A model generated the notes under the pieces. The model was not told where the DNA came from. It did not search any database and was given only the letters and a program-made list of their open reading frames with translations. From Anthoceros angustus (lineage: Eukaryota; Plantae; Anthocerotophyta): a stretch of 64,000 nucleotides of DNA. The number at the start of each line of letters is the position of its first letter. The stretch's first letter is position 1. Positions 48,143 to 60,000 of this stretch are shown here, piece by piece. The stretch lies in contig VJWM01000304.1 in assembly GCA_010909165.1 (NCBI GenBank), positions 42,273 to 106,272 on the forward strand, written 5' to 3'. The position numbers and the translations under genes are program-made.

Positions 48143-51100
48143 TTCTCAGTTCTCCAATCGACCAAAATCCTCAGCTCACACTGCAACCCAGCGATGGAAA
48201 CCGCAAAACGACAATCTTTCAGCAGCAAGTCCCCGGCAACGGCGCCAAAAATGTGGGAGGGAAAACCCCGGGGCTTCTGAGGCTTCCCCCTCTAATGGCC
48301 ACACTTATCCCACTGTCGCTTCGTACGTTGGGTTTCGTCCCATGAGACTTGTGTGAACGATCGGGTTGGGAAACAATCACACCGCATGACACAATACCTC
48401 AGCCTTCTAAACAAGCAAGGCGCCCTCTACTCTCCCTCCACAGCAGCTGCACCTCCTGCACTGCCCCGAAAAATCACCAATTCTCGACCTACAACGAAAC
48501 AACACAATTGCAGGTCCTGCCTTAGCAGAAAGGAGTCTATCACGGGCGCCCAGGGACCCCCTGATCCACACCGCAATTTCATCTCTGCTTCTAAGACCAA
48601 TCGTCTCCACTCAGGGAGCGCCCTCTTACTTGCAGATTTGGGATTCGTCCCTTAGGCTCTGCCTGTGGCCTTCCGCTATCACCTATGCTCTAATCCTCTA
48701 CTCTTCCCTTCATCCTCCTCCTATTCTAACCTCAATTCGGGCTTACTGGCCTTGGCTCGCCCTTACGGCACAACTGCCTGGTGTCCGCCTACCCGCCAAC
48801 AAGTTCTTCCTTGGGCCGGTTACTATGACTTTGACACCAAACAGCGAGAACCTCCAGGGAGTCTTTCCCTGTAGTCTACCTCAAGCCGAGAGTTCCCTGG
48901 GCATTGCCACACACCCAAAGCAAAGCAATTTCACAGCAACCATTCACAAGGGGAGCAACTCGTTGAAGCGCTTGCAGGGAGCAAGCCCTCCACCAAGCAC
49001 TCACCACTAACTTCCTCTCTACCGAATGACTGCGTTGGCTCACGGTGACGAAGTTCCTTTACAAGGGCAAAGGACTCGCGAGTATGGAAGCGCAAGACGT
49101 GATACTTTACTTTGTGAAATCCTCCTCCTCTTATAGGAGGACCCCCACATACAACCTCCCTTGGGTGACCCTACTGCAGGCCACCTTTCAAAATAGTTTA
49201 TAATTTCCTACCGCCAGTATTTAAGTCCTGGCATCTAAGTCTACTGTCTGATCCTAGGTAAATTCTATTCTAGCAACTTCACCTAAGATCACTCTTAAAG
49301 AATGTCAGTCTACATCACCTATTCTTCCCATTCCCCAAAGCTCATTTATGGTCCTTGACCATTCTTAGTCCTCATCCTGCTTGGGTGGCGACGCGCCTCT
49401 TGCGGATTGGCTCCTTCGCCCTCTTTTTGCTTCTGACCCCTCCCCAGTTCCTGTCCTCTTCCTAGCTTGTGGGGCAAGTACCATTCTGCCCCTTCTCCTG
49501 CTCCGTGGGGCGGCGCCCCGATTCCTCTTGCCCTCCAGGCAATCGCGCCCCTTCCGCGCACTCGAATGGCCCATCTTCTAGCCCCTGCTGTCCGGCCGCG
49601 CTCCTTCCAAAAGCACCCTACTGCGGTGGTCTGGCACTACGGGTAGGTTGACCTCCTACCATGGTAGATTGGTCCCTTTCCCTTGTTCCTCTCCTTCCTC
49701 CTTCTCGGTTCTCCAATCGGCCAAAATCCTCACTGCAGCAGTGAAACACAAAGCGACAATCACTGACAAGTCCCCGGGCGCCAAAAATGTGGGAGGAAAA
49801 CCCGGGGCTTGAGGCTTCCCCTCTAATGGCCACACTTATCCCACGTAAACCCGTGCGTTGGGTTTCGTCCCATGAGACTTGTGTGAGCGATCGGGTTGGG
49901 AAACAATCGCTACTGCGGTGACACACCTCGACCTTCTAAACAAGCAAGGCGCCCTCTCTCCCTCACGGCCCGTGCACCTCCACCTTTGCCAGAAAATCAC
50001 CAATTCTCGACCTACAACGAAACAACACAATTGAGGTCCTGCCTTAGCGAGAAAGAGTCTATCACGGGCGCCGGGGACCTGATCACACCGCAATTTCATC
50101 TACGCTTCTAAGACCAATCGTCTCCACTCAGGGAGCGCCCTCTTACTTGCAGTTGGGATTCGTCCCTTAGGCTCACTGTGGCCTTCCGCTATCACCTATG
50201 CTCTAATCCTCTACTCTTCCTTCATCCTCCTCCTATTCTAACCTCAATTGACTTCGTGTGGCTGCCCCTTAAAGCTGGCACTTTGGTGTCCGCCTACCCC
50301 ACAAGTTCTTCCTTGGGCGGTTACTATGACTTTGACAAGCAGAGAACCTCCGAGAGTCTTTCCCGTAGTCACCTCAAGCCGAGTTCCACAGGCATTGCCA
50401 CACACCCAAAGCAAAGCAATTTCACGGCAACCATTCACAAGGGAGCAACTCGTTGAAGCGCTTGCAGGGAGCAAGCCCTCCACCACTCCGACCAACTTCC
50501 TCTCTACCCAGCTGCGTTGGCTCACGGTGACACGAAATTCCTTTACAAGGGCAAAGGACTCGCAGTATGGAAGCGCAGGCGTGATACTTTACTTTGTGAA
50601 ATCCTCCTCCTCTTATAGGAGGACCCCCATCAACCTCCCTTGGGTGACCCTCTGAACCACCTTTCAAAATAGTTTATAATTCCTCTTGATATTTAAGTCT
50701 TGGCATCTAAGTCTCTTTATGCGATCCTAGGTAAATTCTATTCTAGCAACTTCACCTAAGATCACTCTTAAAGAATGTCAGTCTACATCACCTATTCTTC
50801 CCATTCCCCAAAGCTCATTTATGGTCCTTGACCATTCTTAGTCCTCATCATCACCTTGGGTGGCGGCCGCGCCTCTTGCGGATTGGCTCCTTCGCCCTCT
50901 TTTTGCTTGACCTCCCGGTTCTGTCCTCTTCCTTGGCAAGTACCATTACGCCCCTTCTCACCTCCGTGGGGCGGCGCCCCGATTCCTCTTGCCCTCCAGG
51001 CAATCGCGCCCCTTCCGCGCACTCAAATGGCCCATCTTCCACAAGCATGGCGCTCCTTCCAAAAGCACCCTACTGCGGTGGTCTGGCACCCGGGGTAGGT

Positions 51101-51155
51101 TGACCTCCTACCATGGTAGATTGGTCCCTTTCCCTTGTTCCTCTCCTTCCTCCTT
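48143..51155 (+). repeat. Tandem ~1.5-kb duplication of the gypsy accessory module (inverted homologue of about 11700-13100)
   Basis: Units start TTCTC(A/G)GTTCTCCAATCG at 48143 and 49701. Confidence 0.8.
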
Positions 51156-51719
51156 CTCATCGGTGAAGACTCCTTGGGTTAAGATCCTCTTGGCTCCTCT
51201 CCTGTTGTTTGATTTGTCCATACCTATCATGGAGCATGTCTTCAAAGGATCCTCCCCCATTTGTTGACCGATGATGTCCGCCTCGCTAATTCCTCCGGGC
51301 TCTCCTCGCGTTGGTCTCCTCTCTAGGCCCCGGTTGCTCCCTTGTTCGTGGGGTGAGGGAATTTCTCACCCCTTCCTGTTCCTCGACGGGTCGGACCCCG
51401 TCCTTGGTCTCCTCCGGTGGGGCTGCTCCCTCCACCACCCTGTCTCCTCCCCCAGGGGGTATGTCTCTGGGCCCCCTGGTTCTTCTATCCTCAACCAGGC
51501 CTCCGTGGCCTGGATCCCCCAGACCTCGCCCGTGAGTCTTGCCCCAGTGATGGCGACTACTGTGAGAATACCGCGGTAGTTTGGCTGCCTACCGTGGTAG
51601 GGTGATCACCTACGGTGGTAGGGTGACCTCCTGTAAGGGTGGGCTGACCTTTCACCTTGCTCCCGGCAAGGCATGGCAAGGTAAGGTGCCCCTCAGCAGT
51701 CATCGCCCGATTGGGCACC

Positions 51720-52146
51720 ACACTCCTGCTCTGCGCTCCTGGTCCGCGCTCCTAGTCTGCACTCTTGCTCCACGCTCCTTCCCCATGCTCCTGCCCCACA
51801 CTCCTACCCCGCACTCCTGCTACGCGCTCCTCGTCCGCGCTCTTGGTCCGCGCTCCTGCTCCACGCTCTTGGTCCGCGCTCCACTCCACGCCCCATGCTC
51901 TGCCCGCGCTCACTGCTCACGATCCTACCCCTCACCTCTGGCTCACGCTCCGCGATCCTACCCCACTCTCCTGCCCCGCGCTCCTGCTCCGCGCTCCTGC
52001 TCCGCGATCCTACCCCACTCTCCTGCCCCGCGCTCGAGCTCCGCACTCAAAGACATTACTGGACAGACGCATTTATCTGCCAAGAAGTCGATGGTAGCAC
52101 CTGAATCTATGAGGAAACGCGCGGTTTTCCCACACGCATGAGGCAT
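51720..52146 (-). mobile_element. CTCCTGCTCCGCG-type short repeats and a retroviral-type aspartic protease fragment
   Basis: Minus strand GKTARFLIDSGATIDFLAD (52146-52070) adjacent to the repeat run. Confidence 0.6.
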
Positions 52147-52368
52147 ACCATCACTTGTGACTGCCTAATATGCATATATTTTTATGAAAAAAATCATTTA
52201 CGCGCAACCATACCATTATGAATCACATTTGGTGAAGGTCTTTGCCCTAAGTATCCCGGAGTTTCCGAACCCTCAGCTTAAACCTCAGCTTTCTTCCGGA
52301 CTTGCTGTTCCCCGTCTGCTCTACTGGGCCTCTCTCCGACGGGGTTGCAACCAGCTTACACTCAAGCG

Positions 52369-55300
52369 ATGGCCCCTGCCGGCGAGCGCCTGCGTATGGC
52401 GCTCCTGTCCATCTCTTCCATCGTTTTGCTATTGGCAGCATTGCCGCCGGTGCACGGCTTTTATCTCCCAGGCGTTGCCCCACGGGACTTCGAACAGGTC
52501 AGGTCCCTTCTACCTCTTCAACATTTTCCTCATGCTCACGTGGAAGACCAGATTTCGTACAGCGATGATTTGGAGACTTGCGTGGTAGCTACCTGTCTTG
52601 TGTCGGTCACTTAGATCTGGAGGCGGCACCCAATGTTGGTGGATTTGTTCCTCACCAGAATATACTTTCAGGGCATGTGCCTGCTTTTTATACCCGCCAG
52701 CTTCTTTCTTCCGGTCTGCAAAGCCCCTGTAGCTGGTGTTAGCTTGTGTCGTTTGTTGCCATCGCATTGTTTCCCGATCTTGCACGTTCTCCTAGTGCAC
52801 AATGCTTCCAAGTCTTTGTTGGACCGGTTAGTTAGCTCCTCACCAAGTATCTCTATGGGCATTGAAATCGATCCGCTGTCCTTCTACGGTTCAACCATTT
52901 TTCCTGGCCGGCGTAGTGTCCCGGTCACTTGTTACACTGAGCTAGCCTAGGCCCGATTGATTTATCCCAAGAACCGTCATGGCGACGTTGCAGGTGAAGC
53001 CTGAAAGGGTCATACTGATCGTATTCCGTCTCTTAGCATCTGTTGAGCGATTAGTTTTCCGTTGTATTTGCCGACTTGTGTGTGCCATCCCTTGTCGTGT
53101 CCTGCAATGCCGCGTCCGACTTTCTCTGATTGTAGCATGCCATGGCGTGCGTGTCCGTGTTTGTCAGAGACGCAAATGGTTAGTGTGTTCTGCTTTATCC
53201 GTCTGCAGAAGAGGCGAAAAGAGAGGTAGCTTCTGGCTTCTTGATTGCTTTTATTCTCATATTATTCATGTCTTCCTGAAATAGTTCGACAAGGTTTCCG
53301 TCAAGGTGAACAAACTGACTTCAACGAAGACGCAACTCCCTTATGAATATTACTCGTTGGAATACTGCAAACCGGCTCAGATTGTCAACAGTGCAGAGAA
53401 TTTGGGAGAAGTTCTCCGCGGTGACCGCATAGAGAACTCTCCATATGAGGTACAACTGTGGCAAACTTTTGAGTATACAGGTCAATGGATACAAGTGAAG
53501 TCTGTGTCGTTTTGTCTCACAATGTCGCTTAATGGCTTTTGGTGGCCTGCAGTTTTCCATGAAACAGGTAAAGACTTGCCAAGTTGTTTGCAGAATCCCT
53601 AAGCTGTCAGCGAAGTCAGAAAAAGCTTTCAAAGAGAAGATAGATGAGGATTACCGTGTGAATATGTGAGTCATGTTCTGCAGTTGCTGATGCTTGAGTG
53701 AGTTCTTATTTGGTGCTGAAGAGTAGCTGCTCCATGTGAATTAATCTTTTCAAGAGATTTGTAGCAGGTGTTTTACTATCCTGTAACTGGGCTTTTTCTT
53801 CATCATCTGAGCTTCATTATGGGCGCAGGATTCTGGACAATCTGCCAGTAGCAGTTTTTAGGGAGAAAAGGGAGATGGGCAACATATACAGGACTTATGA
53901 GAGGGGCTTTCCAGTTGGATTTAAGCACCCTGACGAGGTACTAGCTGCTCTTGAATGTGTCCATTGCACTCTTTTGTTGATATGGTTGCTTCTTCAAGCT
54001 TATTGTGATTGCAGGAGTCCTCTATTTGCTCATTGTCTTCAACTCTCATTGCAGAAGCACGCAGAGAAGTATTTTATTTTCAATCATCTTTCGTTTGTTG
54101 TCAATTACCATGAAGACGTGGAGACCAAGAAATCTCGTATTGTTGGGTTTGAAGTCAAATACTTCAGGTGCGTGCAAGATGAGTGGAATTTGTTCCACTG
54201 ATTGTAATGTTTTGACTTGTTTTCCCTGCTTTTGGGCCATAGGGCCATCTGAAAAGCTGTTTCTACTCTATAAAATGGTATTCATGTAGATAGTACGAAG
54301 TTCCTGGATGCAATGTGAAGGATTCTTTCCTGTGAAGGACTTCTACCTGAGTTGTCCAAAGGATCCTCCTAGCCTTGTAGATACTGTGATTTTTGTATGT
54401 TCTTGATCACTTCTCTGTAACAGTCAACGTGACTAGGTTCCTCTTGTGACTGCAGTGTGCATCATGAACATGACTTATGGCAGGACAACTCCACCCTTCT
54501 GAAGACGTGTGATCCCCACTCCAAAGTATTTGTAGACACCACGCAGCCCCCTCAAGAGTTGGCCGTTGACAAGGAAATCATATTCACATACGATGTTGGG
54601 TTCCATGTAAGTAGACAATATGAGTGTATATGTGATGGTTTACTGTCTGCCCTATTTTTTTTATGGTTTGGCAGTGTTTGGAACCTTAACCATGGTGGCT
54701 CATTCTTTTACTATGGTGCAGCATAGCGAAGTGAAGTGGGCATCTAGATGGGACAGTTTTCTCCTTATGTCCGATGACCAAATCCATTGGTTTTCAATCA
54801 TCAACTCCTTAATGATTGTGCTGTTTTTGTCGGGCATGGTGGCAATGATTATGATGCGCACCCTACATCGTGATATATCAAAGTACAATCAGCTAGAGAC
54901 ACAGGACGAGTCTCAAGAAGAGACTGGCTGGAAGCTCGTGCATGGGGACGTTTTCAGGCCGCCCAGTAATGCAGGGCTGTTGTGTGTCTACATTGGCACA
55001 GGGGTGCAATTTTTTGGGATGACTCTGGTGACAATGGTTTTTGCAGTCCTGGGCTTCCTGTCTCCTGCAAATCGTGGCGGTCTTATGACTGCAATGCTAC
55101 TACTCTGGGTTTTCATGGGGTTGTTTGCAGGTTACTCATCTGCAAGGCTCTACAAAATGTTCAAGGGTACAGACTGGAAAGTGAATACATTAAAGACTGC
55201 TTTCATGTTCCCTGGAGTGGTGTTCATTGTCTTCTTTATTCTGAATGCCCTGATTTGGGGACAGCAGTCATCAGGGGCAGTTCCCTTCGGCACAATGTTT

Positions 55301-55879
55301 GCACTTGTGTTTCTCTGGTTTGGCATATCTGTGCCACTAGTCTTCGTTGGGAGCTATTTTGGATTTAAGAAGCCAGCAATCGAAGATCCTGTCAGGACAA
55401 ACAAAATTCCCCGACAAATTCCTGAGCAAGCATGGTATATGCGCCCTGTGTTTTCAATACTGATCGGGGGTATCCTCCCTTTTGGGGCAGTTTTCATTGA
55501 GCTCTTTTTCATCCTGACCTCAATTTGGCTGCATCAATTTTATTACATCTTCGGCTTTTTATTTATAGTGTTCATCATTCTGATTGTCACTTGCGCGGAA
55601 ATTACCATTGTGCTTTGCTACTTCCAGTTATGTAGCGAAGACTATCACTGGTGGTGGAGGGCCTATCTTACTTCAGGCTCGTCAGCTCTCTACCTTTTCC
55701 TTTATGCTACATTTTACTTCTTCACCAAGCTGGATATCACAAAAGTGGTTTCGGGGATGCTGTACTTCGGATATATGGTCATCATCTCCTATTCTTTCTT
55801 TGTGCTGACTGGTACTATAGGCTTCTATGCATGCTACTGGTTCGTTCGCACAATATATGCCTCTGTAAAGATAGACTGA
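52369..55879 (+). CDS. Transmembrane 9 superfamily protein (EMP70/TMN family), 7 exons, 645 aa
   Basis: Exons 52369-52497, 53285-53449, 53553-53665, 53829-53937, 54055-54167, 54456-54606, 54722-55879. All introns are GT-AG and the total is 1938 nt in frame. Signal peptide then [58 protein letters not shown], nine hydrophobic segments and C-terminal VKID (KxD/E motif). Confidence 0.97.
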
Positions 55880-57042
55880 GGGCCTGCGTCAGGTCCTGTG
55901 GGGCCGTTCTGATCAAATTATTTTCGAAGTCTGTATGTTGACAATAGTGAAGGATCCACAGGAAGTCTCTGAAATTGGGAATCCCATGCCGGCTCTCCGG
56001 CTCTCCGGCTCTGTACCCAGAGGCAGTTAGGAGTTAATGGTGGGGATGGTTGCTCCTTGTGCTCAAGACGAGCAGGGGTGGACAACTCAAACTGCGCACC
56101 TCTAGTTAGCATTCTAGAGTTAGTCGTTCTGCTTTAGAATTAAACGACCACGCTGCTGGTCGCCCCTGACAATGCTCGCGTCTACTGTCTGGTCCACTCT
56201 AGGGCAATTGAGGATGATCTATACTCTGCTGCGTTCTTGGATCAGGTCGCATCATGTTTTGTTAACTCGGAGTGGTTGTGATTTACGAGATTACTTGGTG
56301 TGGTGAGACGCAGACGGCGTCAACTCCCCTTAGTAGAAATCATGCGAGTGGTGGCTCTGACCTCGACTTGCTTGACTCTTACTCTACAATCGATAGGTAG
56401 CCAGAGACAAGGGTCTCTTGGCAAACCCTCTATCAACCCACGGCCCGGTTTCTATGTGAAAAGAATGATGTACGGATTTCAGGACCGGAGTAACAAAGCT
56501 GGCTTGAGTGCTTTGCACCGGAGTAACAAAGCTGGCTTGAGTGCTTTGCAAGAAAGCTCCATGCAGAGGCATGTTTAGAAGAGCAGCTTACTAAGAGCAT
56601 GTTAAGCATGCAGCCCTAGGAAGTGTATGGTAGTAAATAATAGCTTAAAGCTTAAGTAAATAGTTATTAAGATTGTAGTTAGGTCTTGAGTATAAAAGGA
56701 GACCTAGCCTGGCTAAAAGATTCAACCAGTTGGTTGGGCTTGCCTTGAGAGCACTTGTTGCTTGGGCATGAGCACCTAAGGAGTCTTGTGAAGGAGCTTT
56801 GTGGAGGAGGTCAAGTGAAGAGAGCTAAGCTCCTAGCTTAGGCAAAGATGGGGAGTTCTCTCTAGCCCTCCACTCTGTATGTTCTTGTTGACTCGTGATC
56901 TAAGAATAAAAGCGTGCAAGTCTTTGTGCGAGTCCTCCTAGAAGAGGAGGCGGGCTACTTGGAGGCCTAGTCTGTCTGGTGTTGATTTATTACTAGTTTG
57001 CTTCTAAGCTGCGTGGTTTCCCACCCAGAGGGGTGTTACTTG

Positions 57043-57053
57043 TGGTATCGAGC
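57043..57053 (+). promoter_or_regulatory. Primer-binding site (tRNA-iMet) of the gypsy element
   Basis: TGGTATCGAGC versus canonical TGGTATCAGAGC (1-nt deletion). It follows an LTR-end-like GGGTGTTAC and precedes gag. Confidence 0.7.
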
Positions 57054-57069
57054 ATAGGTTGAAGCATCT

Positions 57070-60000
57070 TTGACTAATGCGCTAGTGGAGATGGCGATCC
57101 TGCTGAGCCAAGTAGAGTGGAAAGGATGCCGGGAAGATAAGGCCCGCTTCAAGCCGTGGAAGAGCCGTCCATAAGTTGTGAGCAGTGGAGGAAGGAACTT
57201 GGAGAGAGGCACCACCATAGAGGACCAGCTCAAAAGATCATGAGGAGACTTGATGCCATGGATCGAGATTAAAGCGGTGGCTCGTTGAAGAAGAGCGGAA
57301 GAAGTGGAGCTGAGCACGAGGCGATCAGCCAAAAGTCTAAGAAGTTGAGGTGAGCATCAGCCCCAAAGACTTACAAAGGCGGCGTGATGAGAAAATCAGT
57401 TCTTGGTTTTCTCTTTGGGCGTACCTCGAATCATGCAGTGCCGCAGATGAGTACACAGCAGTCGAATTTCTTAGAGGATTATGCTCTTACTTGGTGGAGG
57501 ACTTACGTTGAGAGCGTAAGGCAAGGCAATCGAGCCACAATCTTCACATGGGAGACTTCAAGCAAGCGCAACTCCAACCGCTAATGCAACGAGTTTGGCG
57601 CGAAGGATGCTCGACAATGTCAAGCATCTGGAACTTTGCGGGAGTATGTGAGTGAGTTTAGCTCTATTGTCTTGCAATGTCCATAGATGCATGAGCGGGA
57701 CAAACTCCACAAGTTTATCAACGGCCTTAAGAGATGGGCTCAAAATAGGATAGCTTTGACTAATCCTCAAACACGCAAGAGGCCATGGCGAGCAGATGCC
57801 ATACGGATATGTTTATTCAAGAGGCACCGTATCAAGAGGAAGATATCCTAGGTCTCGGGGTAGATCTAGAGGGAGGACGAGCTACCACCACTGAATAGTG
57901 GAACCAATGAGACTCGCGAGGCCGAGCTAGAGGAGATAACGGTTGTGGAAGGCGGCGAGGTGCCTAGCTCGGTGTGCTACGATTCGGAGACAGGACACTT
58001 TGCTAGGGTGTCCACATGTTGGAACTCCCAACTTGAATTTGGTTGCCGCCAATCCACTGTTCCAGAGCCGGGATCAAGAACTTACGAGGAGCCCGGTGGC
58101 AGGGGCCACATGTTGTGAAGACATGTGGTGAGTCATCTAGTGTCAAGGATGACACTATAATGAGGAAAGGTGGAGACCTCATGTATATATGTGGGAAGAT
58201 GAATGGCTTAGATGTAGAGTTGTTGTTGGATTACACCACCCACAATTTTATAACTCCTAGTAAGGCAAGAGAGCTTGGTCTTGAATGGTGAAACTTCCGC
58301 CATATGGAATCAAGCAAGCTAAAGGGACTCACAATTTAATTGCATGGAGTAAGGCAAGTTGAAGCTGGCAAGGAAATGTGAGTTTCACGATCGTCGAGAT
58401 GGATGACCATGATATCATCTTAGGCACAGAGTGGATGAGATCCAATGAAGTGTATATGGATGTTAAGTCTCGCACTATTGAGATATCCAAGAAGCACAAG
58501 GTGAGTTGTGCTAGTGTTAGCCGAGCTTGAGACTCCATCGGTCTGGTGATTTCAAAAGAGAGCTTAAGAAGGATCTCGGGAAAAGAAGGAGCTATACTTA
58601 GTTGTACTCCAAGGACTAGAGGATGGTCTAGAAGAAGATTCCACAGGTGAAAGACATCCCAAAAGAAGTACAATCTTGGATGAGTTCAAGGATTTGATGC
58701 GGATGAGTTGCCACCATTTAGTCTCGGTAGTAGATCATGAGATTGAATTGAAGCCGAGTCGCCTCCTTCAGAGCACCGTATAGATTGTCATTGGATGAGT
58801 TGCAAGAGCTCAGCGACAACTATCCAACCTGTTGGCAAAGGGATATGTCAGAGTTTCTAAGTCTCCTTTTGGTGCGCCTGTATTGTTCACGCGCAAAAAG
58901 AATGGAGGACTCAGATTGTGTGTGGATTACAGAGCTTTGAATCAGATTACAATCAAGAATGCATATCCTTTGTCGAGAATGGATGATATGTTTGACAGGT
59001 TGAAGGGTGCCAAGTATTTCACCATGCTGGATCTGATGGCAGGGTACTATCAGATCAGGATTGCTTAGGGGCATGAGTACAAAACAGCATGTAGAACAAG
59101 GTATGGATCTTTTGAGTTTCTTGTCATGCCATTTGGACTTACTAATGCACCTGCCACATTTCAGACTCTTATGAATACCATATTCATAGATCTGGTAGAC
59201 AAGTGTGTTGTAATCGATCTGGATGATATTTTGATCTATAGTCATAACACGATAATTTTGCAAGGGGGGGAATATACCCGATGGGGGTTTACTGGCTTTT
59301 ATCCTTCGAAGAGGGTTTCTGATGGGTCTAAAACTAGCATGTCATGGCATGCTCTGAAAATTTATCACAAAATCATGGTGTCACACCATTGGTTGCATTG
59401 TTTTTATGAGCGGTAAAGGCATGTGAAGGGTTTAGGCTTTCCACAACACATCGATTTCCTACATAATTGAACCTATGTAGTTGACCATTCTTGCCGGTGT
59501 TACGCACATAAATACTGCCCTTCAACTAGGGCACTATATGTAAAAACACCAAAAGAAGACCCGAGTAGTCGTTTGTATACTACACTTTGGGCATATACAG
59601 TGTGCGGGGAAAGGGCGCCGGCGCCCTTTCCCTCCCGGAGTTTGGGGTTTAGGTCAAAGTTCCTGAGTCGTCGTTCTCACTTCCCACGGACAATGTCCTT
59701 GGCGTATGTGATAGAGTATCTGACGCCAGTTCAGTTGATATGCAAATGGAACCCTCTTTGAAGCACCTTCATTCGATTTTCTGACCGCCCACATGGTTGT
59801 CACCGCAATGAATGCAAGCCCTTGTCACAAGGTCATGTTTCCATTTGCATTCCACTACATCGATCCAGGGTGGGGCGTGAAGTCCTTCAAAGCAAATGAC
59901 CGCCCTCAGAACACAAAGGCCTTGTACTTCATGCACACTATTTCAATACCATACAAGTTAACCAAATCGGGGCTGTTGCTTTAAAATATTTTTAAAATAT

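Noticed and set aside
54620-54721. ATG at 54620 as the start of a 419-aa gene
   Set aside because: This stretch is intron 6 of the TM9SF gene; the exon begins at 54722 after a CAG acceptor.
56050-57040. Precisely bounded 5' LTR of the gypsy element
   Set aside because: An LTR-like end precedes the PBS, but no clear TG start or second LTR is present in the window.
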